Assembly (NCBI GenBank): GCA_943354835.1
Contig: CALRDH010000003.1
Location: 104,496-168,495 of the forward strand
Reading direction: 5' to 3'
Length of the DNA: 64,000 bases
DNA from: a candidate division WWE3 bacterium
Lineage (GTDB): Bacteria; Patescibacteriota; WWE3; 2-01-FULL-39-13
Both the position numbers and the translations under genes were made by a program. Of the stretch, positions 9,327 to 19,372 are shown piece by piece (position 1 is the first letter of the stretch; the number at the start of each line of letters is the position of its first letter). The notes beneath the pieces were generated by a model. It was not told where the DNA came from. It made no database searches and worked only from the letters and a program-made list of their open reading frames with translations.

Positions 9327-10150
9327 TTTAGTTTCATAAATGTTGCACTACCCAATAACGATTTCATCTGAACAATGGCTATTTCATTCAGTTGAATTAG
9401 ACGTTCTGGTTGTGACAATCCTTGGCGAATCAACTCGGCATTCATTCCTTCCAAATTGGCCAAAACCACAAGTTGAGTCACATCAGAATAATCACGGATG
9501 TTCCCTTCTTTGTTTGGATTTTCATCTCTCCACTCCTTTGCTGTTTTCCCAAATAAGGCGACATTGAGCACATCAGCTTCATTTGCGTACACCATATTTA
9601 CTTTGTTTTTAGAGATACTTTCAGGAATCAAGTGTTTTTTGATTGCATCTGTATGAATTTTGTAGTTAATCTTGGTAAGAGTCCGCTTTACATCCCAACC
9701 AAGTGCAAGTTTCTGGCTTTCCACTTCTTTGAGTCTTTGAAATTCCTTGATTAAATAAAGCTTAAACTCTGGCGAAAGCCATGTTGCAAATTCAAAAGCA
9801 ATGTCTTTGTGGGCATAGGTTCCACCATATCTACCTGCACTGGATTTGATACCAATTGCATCTGTTTGTTTAATCCAAAATGACGAAGAAACGATAAATC
9901 CATTTGATCCTGCCTCATTTCTAATCTTATTGAATTCCATAAGATTAAAATTAGAATTGTGAACTTGTTCCCAAGCACCCATAAATTGAATTGTGTACTT
10001 TGTTGAAAGCCAATTGGCAATGACCACTCCGCTATCATATGACTTGAACTTTGCCATATCCGTCAAAGAGATATAGTCCAGCTCATTATACTTAAGTGTG
10101 ACTACTTCAATACCTTGAACAATTATTTTTTGTGATTTTCGATTAGTCAT
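9323..10150 (-). CDS. KilA-N domain DNA-binding protein
   Basis: DYISLTDMAK, ANWL, GRYGGTYAHKDIAFEFATWLSPEFKLYLIKEFQRLK. Confidence 0.9.
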   Translation of the reverse strand: MTNRKSQKIIVQGIEVVTLKYNELDYISLTDMAKFKSYDSGVVIANWLSTKYTIQFMGAWEQVHNSNFNLMEFNKIRNEAGSNGFIVSSSFWIKQTDAIGIKSSAGRYGGTYAHKDIAFEFATWLSPEFKLYLIKEFQRLKEVESQKLALGWDVKRTLTKINYKIHTDAIKKHLIPESISKNKVNMVYANEADVLNVALFGKTAKEWRDENPNKEGNIRDYSDVTQLVVLANLEGMNAELIRQGLSQPERLIQLNEIAIVQMKSLLGSATFMKLK

Positions 10151-10982
10151 AATTTTTAAACTGTTTTTGGTTTTCAGGTTCTTTCAGATAATTTTTACTC
10201 GAAACAACAGACCTACCAAGCCGTTTTTCAAGCTTTTTTCTTGCAACTCCCGCTATATCACCACCATCTTTTGCATCTTTTTGAAGTTTATCAAGACCTT
10301 TTGAATCTTCAGTTATGTGAATCTCTGTTGTTGCGCGCTCGCCAAGCATTGTAAAAATAAGTTCGAAATCATTCATATGATCACGAAGATTTTCTCTTTT
10401 CAAACCTTTCAGATTTTTATACTCGCTTGGAGTTATTCCAAACGTTGCTTTGGATATTTCGGCAGTTAAAATCTCGTAATCTTTTTGCTCCCGCGCACCT
10501 CGCTTTTGCCATTCATCTGTAAGCTCTTCCCTAATTGCAATTCCACGAACTCTTTTTTCGATCCAAGCATCAGAATAGCCCTTTGCTTTATACAAAGCCC
10601 TTGTTCTTTTTGTTGCAAGCTCAGGATCCTCGATTTCCTGAACTCTTTCATAACCAACTTTAGCCAACCATCTTTTAAAAGGTTCTGCCTTTGGGGAAGG
10701 GATAGATTGGATAATGCGGAAAATTCCTTCTGTATTAGAGCAATCAGTTTCACGCATCTTGCCATCGGATGCAACTAATTTCAACCGTACGATTTTTTCG
10801 TACACTTCAACTGCCCCCTCTTCTTTTAATTTAATTTTAAGATCACTCCAATAGCGCTTTGGAATATTACTATCAGTTAAGGCCTCTATCACATCAATCA
10901 CCGAAAACCACCACTCATTTTCGTGTATTATTTTTCTAATCTCTTTTCCTTTGAATATAGAAATTCGAGTATTTTCAATCAT
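10143..10982 (-). CDS. Bro-N domain (phage antirepressor-like) DNA-binding protein
   Basis: IRK...EWWFSVIDVIEAL, YWSDLK, DGKMRETD, IIQSIPSPKAEPFKRWLA. Likely start is ATG 10982, with AAGGTG upstream. Confidence 0.88.
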   Translation of the reverse strand: MIENTRISIFKGKEIRKIIHENEWWFSVIDVIEALTDSNIPKRYWSDLKIKLKEEGAVEVYEKIVRLKLVASDGKMRETDCSNTEGIFRIIQSIPSPKAEPFKRWLAKVGYERVQEIEDPELATKRTRALYKAKGYSDAWIEKRVRGIAIREELTDEWQKRGAREQKDYEILTAEISKATFGITPSEYKNLKGLKRENLRDHMNDFELIFTMLGERATTEIHITEDSKGLDKLQKDAKDGGDIAGVARKKLEKRLGRSVVSSKNYLKEPENQKQFKNYD

Positions 10983-11036
10983 GCACCTTATATTAGAATA
11001 TGATTTATATCGAGACAAGGATGACAGAAAGAGACA

Positions 11037-11651
11037 TTACGGGGCTATGCTATCTACAATCAACGAGCTCCACACTTCCATTTCACCTTTTATTAATTTC
11101 AATTCTTCTAATGTTTTCCACTCAAATCCTTCATGCGTATCTTCATTTCCTACTACGTCTTGTCCATCAAGTTCAACAATTACCACAATTCCTGCATGAA
11201 CTTTTCCAACAGGATTACTATTGTCACTTATCAGACCGATATATTCATTACCAATAACCTGCGAGTTTATTTTAAGTTCTTCTCTAATCTAACGCTCCAT
11301 CCAGCTGTCAAACGGCTTATTTTCAATATCTTCAGCCCTAACATGTCCTCCAAAGCCGATTAAACCCATACCATGGAGCCTACTTTCACCACCTTTGCTA
11401 GTTCTTCTTGCAAATAAAAATCTATCACCGCATTTTAGTAAGGGATATGTAATTAATTGTTTATATGCTTCATCGCATTCAAGTTGAGGATTTCTGGTTT
11501 TATATTGGCCGTTAGAAACGATAAGATTCTTGAGCTCCTCTTCCGTCATATGAATCAAACCCTCTTGGCCTTCTAAAGAATTTACAGGAATTACCAAGAT
11601 CTTTTCTGACAAATCCTCGGAGATTTCCACTAAAGAAATAACATTAGACAT
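11037..11651 (-). pseudogene. YmaB-like NUDIX/MutT phosphoesterase interrupted by an in-frame TAG at 11289-11291
   Basis: KQLITY, GGESRLHG and GFGGHV, then MER*IREELK. The frame continues through IGLISDNSNPVGKVHAG...MEVWS to TAA at 11037. Confidence 0.8.
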
Positions 11652-12987
11652 TCTCTTTAATCTCCTCAATCTTCACTCTTATCTGCTTTGTTGTGTCTCT
11701 GTCTCTTATTGTTACTGTTCCGTCTTCTAGCGTTTGGTAATCGACTGTAATACATTTCGGAGTTCCTATCTCGTCTTGTGAATAGTAACGCTTTCCAACG
11801 TTTCCACGGTCATCCCACGCAACCACAAATCCAGCTTTTACAAGATTTTCATAAACCTCTTTGGCCTTTGCAACAACTTCTGGCTTATTTTTTACTAATG
11901 GAAAAACAGCAACGCGATAAGGTGCTATCCTTGGATCTAATTTTAAGACGACCCTATCACCATCTTCTGAATACGCGTTATCTAACATTGCATATAAAGT
12001 TCGGTTAATACCAATCGAGATTTCAATAACATTAGGCATAAATTCTTTGCCCGATTCATTGTCTTTATACATAAACTTCTCACCACTATATTCTTGATGA
12101 CGGCTTAAATCATAATCTCCACGATGATTTAATGGAGACAGTTCAAACCATTTTCCGCTTGATGATTCAAATTCAAAATCATTTTGGATTTTTGCATAGT
12201 GTGACATTTCCTCTTTTGGAATTTCCCTAAATCTAAATTTATCTCTTGGCATACCAAGCTCATTTACAAACCAATTGAGCATAAATTCTTTCCAAAATTC
12301 ATACCACTTCAAACCTTCATCAGGCTCGATAAAATATTCAAGCTCCATCTGCTCAAACTCCCGTGTTCTATATATAAAATCTTTAGTTGTAATTTCATTT
12401 CTAAATGCTTTACCAATCTGCGCAATACCAAAAGGTGGCCTTAGTCTCATCGATTGCATTACATTTAAATATTGAAGAAAAATTACTTGACAAGTTTCTC
12501 CACGAAGATACGCCTTTTCTTTAGTTTCATCAGTACTTCCAAGTTCTGCGGAAACCAAAAGATTAAATGATTTTAATTTCGTAAGTTCATTTCCATCAGG
12601 GCTTTTAATATTATTATCATCCAAAATCTTTTGCATTTCAGGGAAAGTCATCTTTGAAGTATCAACATTCAATTTTTCCTCGATTAAGTGATCAGCTCTA
12701 TATCTAACATGCGTTTTTTTATCTTCAACTAATGGATCATTAAACGATGCAACATGTCCACTTGCCTCCCATGTTTTTGGATGACAGAAAATTGCACCAT
12801 CAAGTCCAACGACATCAGTTTTAGTCTCAACAAAAGATTTCCACCATGAATTTTTAATATTCTTAAGCATTTGGGCGCCGAGTGGACCATAATCATAAGT
12901 CGAAGAAAATCCTCCATAAATTTCTGATGAAGGAAATACAAATCCGCGTCTTTTACAAAGTGAAATTATTTTTTGTGAGTTATCCAT
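11644..12987 (-). CDS. glyS: Glycine--tRNA ligase, alpha2 (homodimeric) type
   Basis: KRRGFVFPSSEIYGG, YDYGPLG, LRGETCQ, AQIGKAFRNEIT, RTREFEQMELE, GKRY...DEIGTP anticodon domain. Confidence 0.97.
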   Translation of the reverse strand: MDNSQKIISLCKRRGFVFPSSEIYGGFSSTYDYGPLGAQMLKNIKNSWWKSFVETKTDVVGLDGAIFCHPKTWEASGHVASFNDPLVEDKKTHVRYRADHLIEEKLNVDTSKMTFPEMQKILDDNNIKSPDGNELTKLKSFNLLVSAELGSTDETKEKAYLRGETCQVIFLQYLNVMQSMRLRPPFGIAQIGKAFRNEITTKDFIYRTREFEQMELEYFIEPDEGLKWYEFWKEFMLNWFVNELGMPRDKFRFREIPKEEMSHYAKIQNDFEFESSSGKWFELSPLNHRGDYDLSRHQEYSGEKFMYKDNESGKEFMPNVIEISIGINRTLYAMLDNAYSEDGDRVVLKLDPRIAPYRVAVFPLVKNKPEVVAKAKEVYENLVKAGFVVAWDDRGNVGKRYYSQDEIGTPKCITVDYQTLEDGTVTIRDRDTTKQIRVKIEEIKENV

Positions 12988-13027
12988 ATTGGGTAAATGA
13001 TATCAGTTTTATAGTATAGTGGGAACT

Positions 13028-13663
13028 GTGATGAATCAAAGATTTTTAAATACCGAAGGAATAATATTAAAACGAATAAATTATAAGGATGCAGACAAGA
13101 TCTTAACAATATATACAAAAGATGCAGGCAAAATTTCAGCAATTGCAAAAGGGATCAGAAAAATAAATTCAAAAAGGAAAAGCCATTTGGAACTCTTAAA
13201 TCATGTGAAAATGCATTTAATTAAAAGTGGCAATATGTACATAGTCGCGCAAACAGAAGTGATTTCAACGAACCCAATGATTCGTGGCGATCTAGAAAAA
13301 ACAACTCTCGCTTACTACATAACAGAAATATTCGAAAAAATAATTGTAGATGAAGATCAAAACGACATTCTATTTAATTTCCTTAAAAAAACATTAAAAA
13401 TCTTAAATGAGTCATCTGACATTACATTTGTGAATGGATTTAATTTGAAATTACTTAAGCTAACTGGTTTTTATAGTAAAGACAAAATTAAAACTTTCCC
13501 AAATGAAATCAAAGAATACTTTAAACAATTAGAAATAATGAAATATGAAGACGTTTTGAATATAAAGCCAGACTATATGCTCGCAAAAACATCGCATGAA
13601 ATACTAAAATCTCTAACAGAAGAGATCTTAGAAAAATCACTCAAAGTAAAGCTTTTTATCTGA
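13028..13663 (+). CDS. recO: DNA repair protein RecO
   Basis: EGIILKRINYKDADKILTIYTKDAGKISAIAKGIRKINSKR RecO_N signature. Confidence 0.93.
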   Translation: MMNQRFLNTEGIILKRINYKDADKILTIYTKDAGKISAIAKGIRKINSKRKSHLELLNHVKMHLIKSGNMYIVAQTEVISTNPMIRGDLEKTTLAYYITEIFEKIIVDEDQNDILFNFLKKTLKILNESSDITFVNGFNLKLLKLTGFYSKDKIKTFPNEIKEYFKQLEIMKYEDVLNIKPDYMLAKTSHEILKSLTEEILEKSLKVKLFI

Positions 13664-15634
13664 ATTCAAAAGTATCTTCTGGCTTACTCCATTTACGCCA
13701 ATCGTATAATCGTCAATGCTTGTTCCAGATTGTCTTTGAATTAAAACATTATAGTTGTCCATATTCACAGACTCTGGTAATTCATATGTGTACGTTATTG
13801 TTAAATCAGTTTCCTTTAACTGTCTTGTAAATGATTCAAAGAATGTTTTTTCAAGTTCCATATCAGCATATTCAGCTCCATTTGTTTCTTGGCCGTCAGA
13901 TGCTGTTATAGAAATCATCTTTGACCCGAGCGGAACATAGACTCTTAAATATGCATTATAGAAACAGCATGGATCGATATTGTACCAATCTGGTCTTTTT
14001 GGATTATGAACTGTTACCTCAACAGTTCCAATCTTTTTACCATCAACAATACTTACGTCCTTTTTAACTGATTGAGTTACAAAACCTTCCTTTGACCAAT
14101 CAGCCTTACCTGCTCCAAAATTACTTCTATTAACATGAAGATAGTCAAAACCTACTGGCGTTTTATCTACCTCGCCAGAGTATCCTAAGTTTTCAAAAGC
14201 TGTCTGTACCGGTACATCAAACGAATAAAGCAGAACATCTTTTTTACTTAATGAATCAAGCATTACTTTCGTTATATTCAAAAGATTTGTAGCCTCTGAT
14301 GTAAAAACTTTTTCAAGCATAGATTGACCAAGGAACTTAATAATCTCTTTGCGGCCAATCGTTTGTGCAAGCTTTCCACCTGCAATATTTTCGAGCTCAT
14401 TTATAACGTTCTCAGAATTAAATTCTGTGAAAGGAACCGTTATATAAGTGCCACTATCAGTTTTAATCGAATACTTTTCAGTATTAACGGCTCCTACAAC
14501 TCTTAACATATCAACAACGACATCGTTATTTATTTGAATAACTCCATCTATTTTTTGTGGAAGACTTCTATCCTTTCTCCAAAAACCTGTTAACAAATTA
14601 TCGGCAGCCTTTGGAAAATCAGGACTTATACTTGTCGCATCTCTTGCGTATAACCTATAAGTATTGCCTTTTAAATACAAATAATTCTGCAAGAAGTAAG
14701 GAACATTTCGATTAACGAGAAATGACGAACCTGTTCGATCACCTTCATCTATAAAATAGGTGTCGATTGAATATGTAATTTGAGGAATACCTTTGTTAAA
14801 TTCAACGGCTACTATGTATGTGTTGAATCCGCCTGACATTCGAAGCTCATAGTTATTTGCCATCAATATCAAATATTTTTTAGGTTCATTCAAACCCATA
14901 AATTGGGGGAATGCGTTAAACATTGCTTCAAATTGAGGTGCTTTATCAGAGACATCCTTTGTAACAGCCTGCAATGTAGAAATTTGAGATCTTAAATCTG
15001 TATTTGGATCAATACCAAAGTACTTAACAAAAAATGGAAGCGATTTTGGATATCTTGAAACATCAATTTGAGCTAATTCATCATTAATTTTTCCGATTTT
15101 TTCTGAAATTTCAGTTACCTTTGGTGAAAATTGAGGCATAAGGCTCATTAGCTTTACAACTCTTTCTTGTGCTGGAACGCTTTCCGGAACTACACCATTT
15201 GTTGAAAAACCAAGATCAGCTGCATATGGTTCTAATATTGTTACGGCAAGTTCACCAAGTTCAATACCTTGAGTAACTGTTGTTAATAAATGTTGACTAT
15301 CTTGATAATAAATTTCTGTATTTGGAAATTTTCTTATCAAAGACATATTGTCTTCGTAGACAGTTTCAAACTTAGTAACTCCTTTTTTAGTAATTTCAAG
15401 GCCTTCTTTTACTTCAGTAAAATTTAATTCACGAAGTCCAGTTGTAATTTGCGTTGCACTATTTTTTAAAACCTTTGCCTCATTAGCTATTGCTAAAACC
15501 GGTCTTATTAAAAGAAAGTAAACAATTACAAAAACAATAACAAAGAAAATAAGAATCCCGAGAATTATCTTTAAGAACAACTTGCCGTTAAAGGGAATCT
15601 TTGGTAGGGAAAATCTTTTTGGAAATTCAGGCAT
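13637..15634 (-). CDS. DUF4012-type membrane-anchored protein
   Basis: N-terminal TM and coiled coil; YLILMANNYELRMSGGF, RDA..SPDFP, IDGVI and YLRVYVPLGS motifs. Confidence 0.8.
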   Translation of the reverse strand: MPEFPKRFSLPKIPFNGKLFLKIILGILIFFVIVFVIVYFLLIRPVLAIANEAKVLKNSATQITTGLRELNFTEVKEGLEITKKGVTKFETVYEDNMSLIRKFPNTEIYYQDSQHLLTTVTQGIELGELAVTILEPYAADLGFSTNGVVPESVPAQERVVKLMSLMPQFSPKVTEISEKIGKINDELAQIDVSRYPKSLPFFVKYFGIDPNTDLRSQISTLQAVTKDVSDKAPQFEAMFNAFPQFMGLNEPKKYLILMANNYELRMSGGFNTYIVAVEFNKGIPQITYSIDTYFIDEGDRTGSSFLVNRNVPYFLQNYLYLKGNTYRLYARDATSISPDFPKAADNLLTGFWRKDRSLPQKIDGVIQINNDVVVDMLRVVGAVNTEKYSIKTDSGTYITVPFTEFNSENVINELENIAGGKLAQTIGRKEIIKFLGQSMLEKVFTSEATNLLNITKVMLDSLSKKDVLLYSFDVPVQTAFENLGYSGEVDKTPVGFDYLHVNRSNFGAGKADWSKEGFVTQSVKKDVSIVDGKKIGTVEVTVHNPKRPDWYNIDPCCFYNAYLRVYVPLGSKMISITASDGQETNGAEYADMELEKTFFESFTRQLKETDLTITYTYELPESVNMDNYNVLIQRQSGTSIDDYTIGVNGVSQKILLNSDKKLYFE

Positions 15635-15664
15635 AAAAAAAGAATATCATATCAACTATGTAAT

Positions 15665-16291
15665 TCAATACGCTCCTTCACCCTTTAATACTGCGAAAGG
15701 CGTCTTTAATAATATCACAATATCAAGCAAAATCGATTTCTTTTTCGCATAACTACATTCCAAATCAATTCTTTGATCAAAATTAATATTTGATCTTCCA
15801 CTAACTTGCCAAAGCCCAGTTATACCGGGCTTTACAGTAATCATGATATTTAACTTCTTTTCATTTTCTTTATTTCGACCTTTATATTCATCAAATTCGT
15901 CTGGTCTTAAAGCACGTGGACCAATAAAACTCATGTCGGAAAGAAGAACGTTAAAAACTTGGGGAAATTCATCTATAGAATATTTTCTGATGAATTTCCC
16001 GATTGGAGTTACCCTTGGGTCATCCTCAACTTTGTTATTCCCACTTCTCATCTTCTTGTACAATTCCTTGTTTTTAAAAAGAATGTCATCAGCATTTACA
16101 ACCATTGATCTAAATTTCCAAAACTCAAATAATTTACCGTTTAAACCGACTCTTTTGTGATGATAAAAAGGGAAATTCCCATCATATGCCCAAACAGCAA
16201 TCGCTGTAAACACAAAAACTGGTGAAAAAACAATCAAAAATATTGTAGCTAAAACTAAATCTATAGTGCGGTTTACTAGTTTTGATATCAT
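15665..16291 (-). CDS. Priming polyprenyl-phosphate sugar phosphotransferase (Bac_transf, WcaJ/WbaP-like)
   Basis: KFRSM, DDPRVTPIGKFIRKYSIDEFPQ, GPR, KPGITGLWQVSGR. Confidence 0.93.
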   Translation of the reverse strand: MISKLVNRTIDLVLATIFLIVFSPVFVFTAIAVWAYDGNFPFYHHKRVGLNGKLFEFWKFRSMVVNADDILFKNKELYKKMRSGNNKVEDDPRVTPIGKFIRKYSIDEFPQVFNVLLSDMSFIGPRALRPDEFDEYKGRNKENEKKLNIMITVKPGITGLWQVSGRSNINFDQRIDLECSYAKKKSILLDIVILLKTPFAVLKGEGAY

Positions 16292-16301
16292 ATTAATTCG
16301 A

Positions 16302-17459
16302 CTATTTTACAGACTCTTTGTAAGCTTGCAACGTCTGCTCTGCCATTTTTTTCCAAGAGAATCGTCTAACATTTTCATTTCCTTTTTTAATCAAGTCAGA
16401 TCTTAAATTTTCGTCAGTCAAGATTCTAGAAAGACATTCAGTTATTTCAATAACACTTTCAGGATTAAAATATAATACTGAATCTTTAAAAATTTCCTTA
16501 TGTGTTGATATATCTGATAGAACAACGGGGATAGAAAAAGCCTGCGCTTCAAGTGGAGTAATACTAAAACCTTCACTTAACGATGGAAATACATATGCTG
16601 CGGCATTTTTATATAAAATGGCTAAATCCTCTTCTTTAACATATTCGTTTTCAGAATACCTTGCAGGGAATATAACTTTGCCGTCTAACTTTAGTGCATG
16701 GGCAAAACCCGCAAGTCTTTGTGAAAAATTGTCTATCTTTCCTGCAATAACAAGATGTAAATTAGTCGCCGACTTTTCTAGAAAATCACGATAAGCAATC
16801 AAAAGTATATTCAAATTTTTATGAACGTATGAACTTCCAACATACAAAATATATTTGTTTGTGATTTTCATTTCTTCAAGTCTTACTGCAGAACTTTTTG
16901 AATCTGCTGGAGATAATTTTAATAGAGAATCATCAACGCCTTCATATGTAACAATTATTTTTTTCGAATCAAGACCACCATAAAAACTTAGGATATCGTT
17001 TTTAACAGTTTCTGAAGGAACAATAATCTTTACTGCTCTTCTTGTTGCAAAAATAGTTACCAATTTATATGCAATGTTTTTAAAAAAATATGATGGAGCA
17101 GGAAGTGTTGTAGCTTTTTTGCCGGAAAATTTATGCATGATTAAATCATGAATTGTTACTATCATTTTTCGATGGTACAAAATTGGAATATTAAAATGAG
17201 GAACGTGCAAAAGATCAAGTCTTGCCTGTATTAAATCACGCAGAAATAATGTTTGCTCTTCTGAAGAATATACTTTGTAATCTGAAATCCATTTTTTAAA
17301 TCTTGGATTTGCAGGCTTATACAGTTTGCTGCCGGCCCCGGTTACAAAAATTATATAGTCGTTTTCAACATCGATTTGTTCAAGCTCTTTGATTAAGTTG
17401 CGTATATACCGGCCGGGGCCGGCAGCCTCATAAAGTCTTGCGTCAATTCCTATTAGCAT
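16302..17459 (-). CDS. Glycosyltransferase family 4
   Basis: IGIDAR, TIHDL, HKN, FPSLSEGFSITPLEA. Confidence 0.9.
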   Translation of the reverse strand: MLIGIDARLYEAAGPGRYIRNLIKELEQIDVENDYIIFVTGAGSKLYKPANPRFKKWISDYKVYSSEEQTLFLRDLIQARLDLLHVPHFNIPILYHRKMIVTIHDLIMHKFSGKKATTLPAPSYFFKNIAYKLVTIFATRRAVKIIVPSETVKNDILSFYGGLDSKKIIVTYEGVDDSLLKLSPADSKSSAVRLEEMKITNKYILYVGSSYVHKNLNILLIAYRDFLEKSATNLHLVIAGKIDNFSQRLAGFAHALKLDGKVIFPARYSENEYVKEEDLAILYKNAAAYVFPSLSEGFSITPLEAQAFSIPVVLSDISTHKEIFKDSVLYFNPESVIEITECLSRILTDENLRSDLIKKGNENVRRFSWKKMAEQTLQAYKESVK

Positions 17460-18330
17460 TTCTTATTTTTCCTAAAATTTCTATACCAAATAAAACAATG
17501 GATGTAACAAAACTTGGATATACATTTTTATAATGTTTCTCATAAAAAAGCTTCATTGCGCGAGTTGTTTCACTACTCATTTTAACTTTTGTTTCTTTTG
17601 AAGCAGTTGTAATATCTGTACTTTCTTTTCTTGTCCCAACACTTGCACCTTTATAATGAATTGCTTCAAACATTGGCAAATACATTATTTTATATCCAAC
17701 CTTTTTAACCCTAAAACAAAAATCAACATCTTCACCATATACAAAATAATCTTCGTCCCAAAGGCCAGTATATTCAAAAACAGATCTTCTAACCATCATA
17801 AAATGAGAAATACATAAATCAATTTCGTGAGGTTTTGTAAGATCTTTATCGCCTAAAAAATAGCTGTTAAATATTTTTGACTTTGGAAAAAGCTTTCCAA
17901 GTCCACTAAAATGAGAAATAGCGGTCCATGGCGTTGGAAAACCACGATGAGCATCTAAATCAATCTCTCCGTTTCTTAAAATAAGTTTACATGTTGCAAT
18001 TCCAATACTTTGATCATCCGCTAAAACACTGACCATACCATCTAATGTGCGCTCTTTTGGAAATGCATCGGATCCTAAAAACAAAACATAATTCCCTGCC
18101 GAATTTTTTAAGCCCACGTTATAGCCTTTTGCTAAACCGACATTTTCACCAGCAATAAGTTTAATACTTGGAAACTCCTGTTTAACCATTTCCGCCGAAT
18201 TGTCGCTTGATCCATTGTCAACAACAACAACCTCATAATCAAGATGAACACTTAAACTTTGTATGTTTTTAATGCAATCTCTAAGGATATCTTTAGTATT
18301 AAAATTTACGATGATGATGGACAAATCCAT
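17443..18330 (-). CDS. Glycosyltransferase family 2 (rhamnosyltransferase-like)
   Basis: DLSIIIVNFNT, VVDNGSSD, DEDYFVYGEDVDFC. Confidence 0.9.
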   Translation of the reverse strand: MDLSIIIVNFNTKDILRDCIKNIQSLSVHLDYEVVVVDNGSSDNSAEMVKQEFPSIKLIAGENVGLAKGYNVGLKNSAGNYVLFLGSDAFPKERTLDGMVSVLADDQSIGIATCKLILRNGEIDLDAHRGFPTPWTAISHFSGLGKLFPKSKIFNSYFLGDKDLTKPHEIDLCISHFMMVRRSVFEYTGLWDEDYFVYGEDVDFCFRVKKVGYKIMYLPMFEAIHYKGASVGTRKESTDITTASKETKVKMSSETTRAMKLFYEKHYKNVYPSFVTSIVLFGIEILGKIRNANRN

Positions 18331-18346
18331 ATTAAAAATTAGTATA

Positions 18347-19343
18347 TCACCTAGGTTTGAGTATAGAGAAAATCTCCCGCATTAATTTTTTGCTGTCATG
18401 CCTTAACAAACTTCTTTTGACACGGTCACCTTTTATTGGATTTACTTCAACAGCTTTTAATAAGTCAGCGCGCATGACTCTGTTATCTTCTGCCAAATCG
18501 TCTAAAACCGCATATGACTTTTCTAGTTCATATTTTTGGAGTGAACTTTTTGGAAGTTTTTTATTGTTCATTAATATATAGTCAATTTTTCGACCTATAT
18601 ATTTTTCAATCTCGTAAACATAATCAGACGCTTTAAATCCATGCGTTTGTCCCCACTTCGAAACTATATTAGGTATAAATATAATTTTTGGCGTGCGATT
18701 TTTTGATGGCATCACTTACTCCATCAACAACAATATTGGCGAGTAAACTTGTATATAAATCTCCGGGACCCATAATTATATAGTCGGCTTCACTTATCGC
18801 CTCTTTAGATTTATCAAATATCTTTGCTTTTGGTTGTACCCAAAGTCGTGAAATTCGCATAGTCCCATCGTGTGAAGATTCAGGTTCATCAATCATAGAT
18901 TCGCCGAATGCAACGGACCCATTTTCATATTGCGCAATCAATTGGATATCATCAAAGGTTATAGGGAAAACTCTTCCTTGAATATTTAGAATTCTTGAAG
19001 CTTTTCTAAATGCTTCTTCTTCACTTCCTAATATTTCAGTTAAAGCTGTAATAAGTAAATTTCCAAAATTATGTCCTTCTAAACCAGGACCTCCTTTTGA
19101 AAATCTGTATTCAAAAAGTCTACGCAAAATGTTATTGCCATTACCATCTTCAGAAAGCGCAACCAAACATTGCCTAAAATCTCCGACAGGAAGTTTTCCA
19201 AATTCATCGCGCAAAACGCCAGTACTTCCACCGCTATCGGCAGACGACACAATCGCAGTTATATCAATATTTTCGATATGTTTTATGGCAGAAAGTACTG
19301 TATAAGTTCCAGTGCCTCCGCCGATTACAACTATTCGTTTCAT
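18347..19343 (-). pseudogene. yvcK: YvcK/GlmR (UPF0052) family protein split by a +1 frameshift at ~18686-18690
   Basis: MKRIVVIGGGTG, DSGGSTGVLR, GHNFGNL and GPGDLYTSLL. The C-terminus (KIIFIPNIVSKWGQT...RHDSKKL) is in another frame after GCC-AAAAA-TT. Confidence 0.82.
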
Positions 19344-19372
19344 ATATAATTTAGTAGTATCATAAACTATAA

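Noticed and set aside
9323-10982. Prophage
   Set aside because: Only Bro-N and KilA-N genes; no integrase, terminase, structural genes or visible att repeats.
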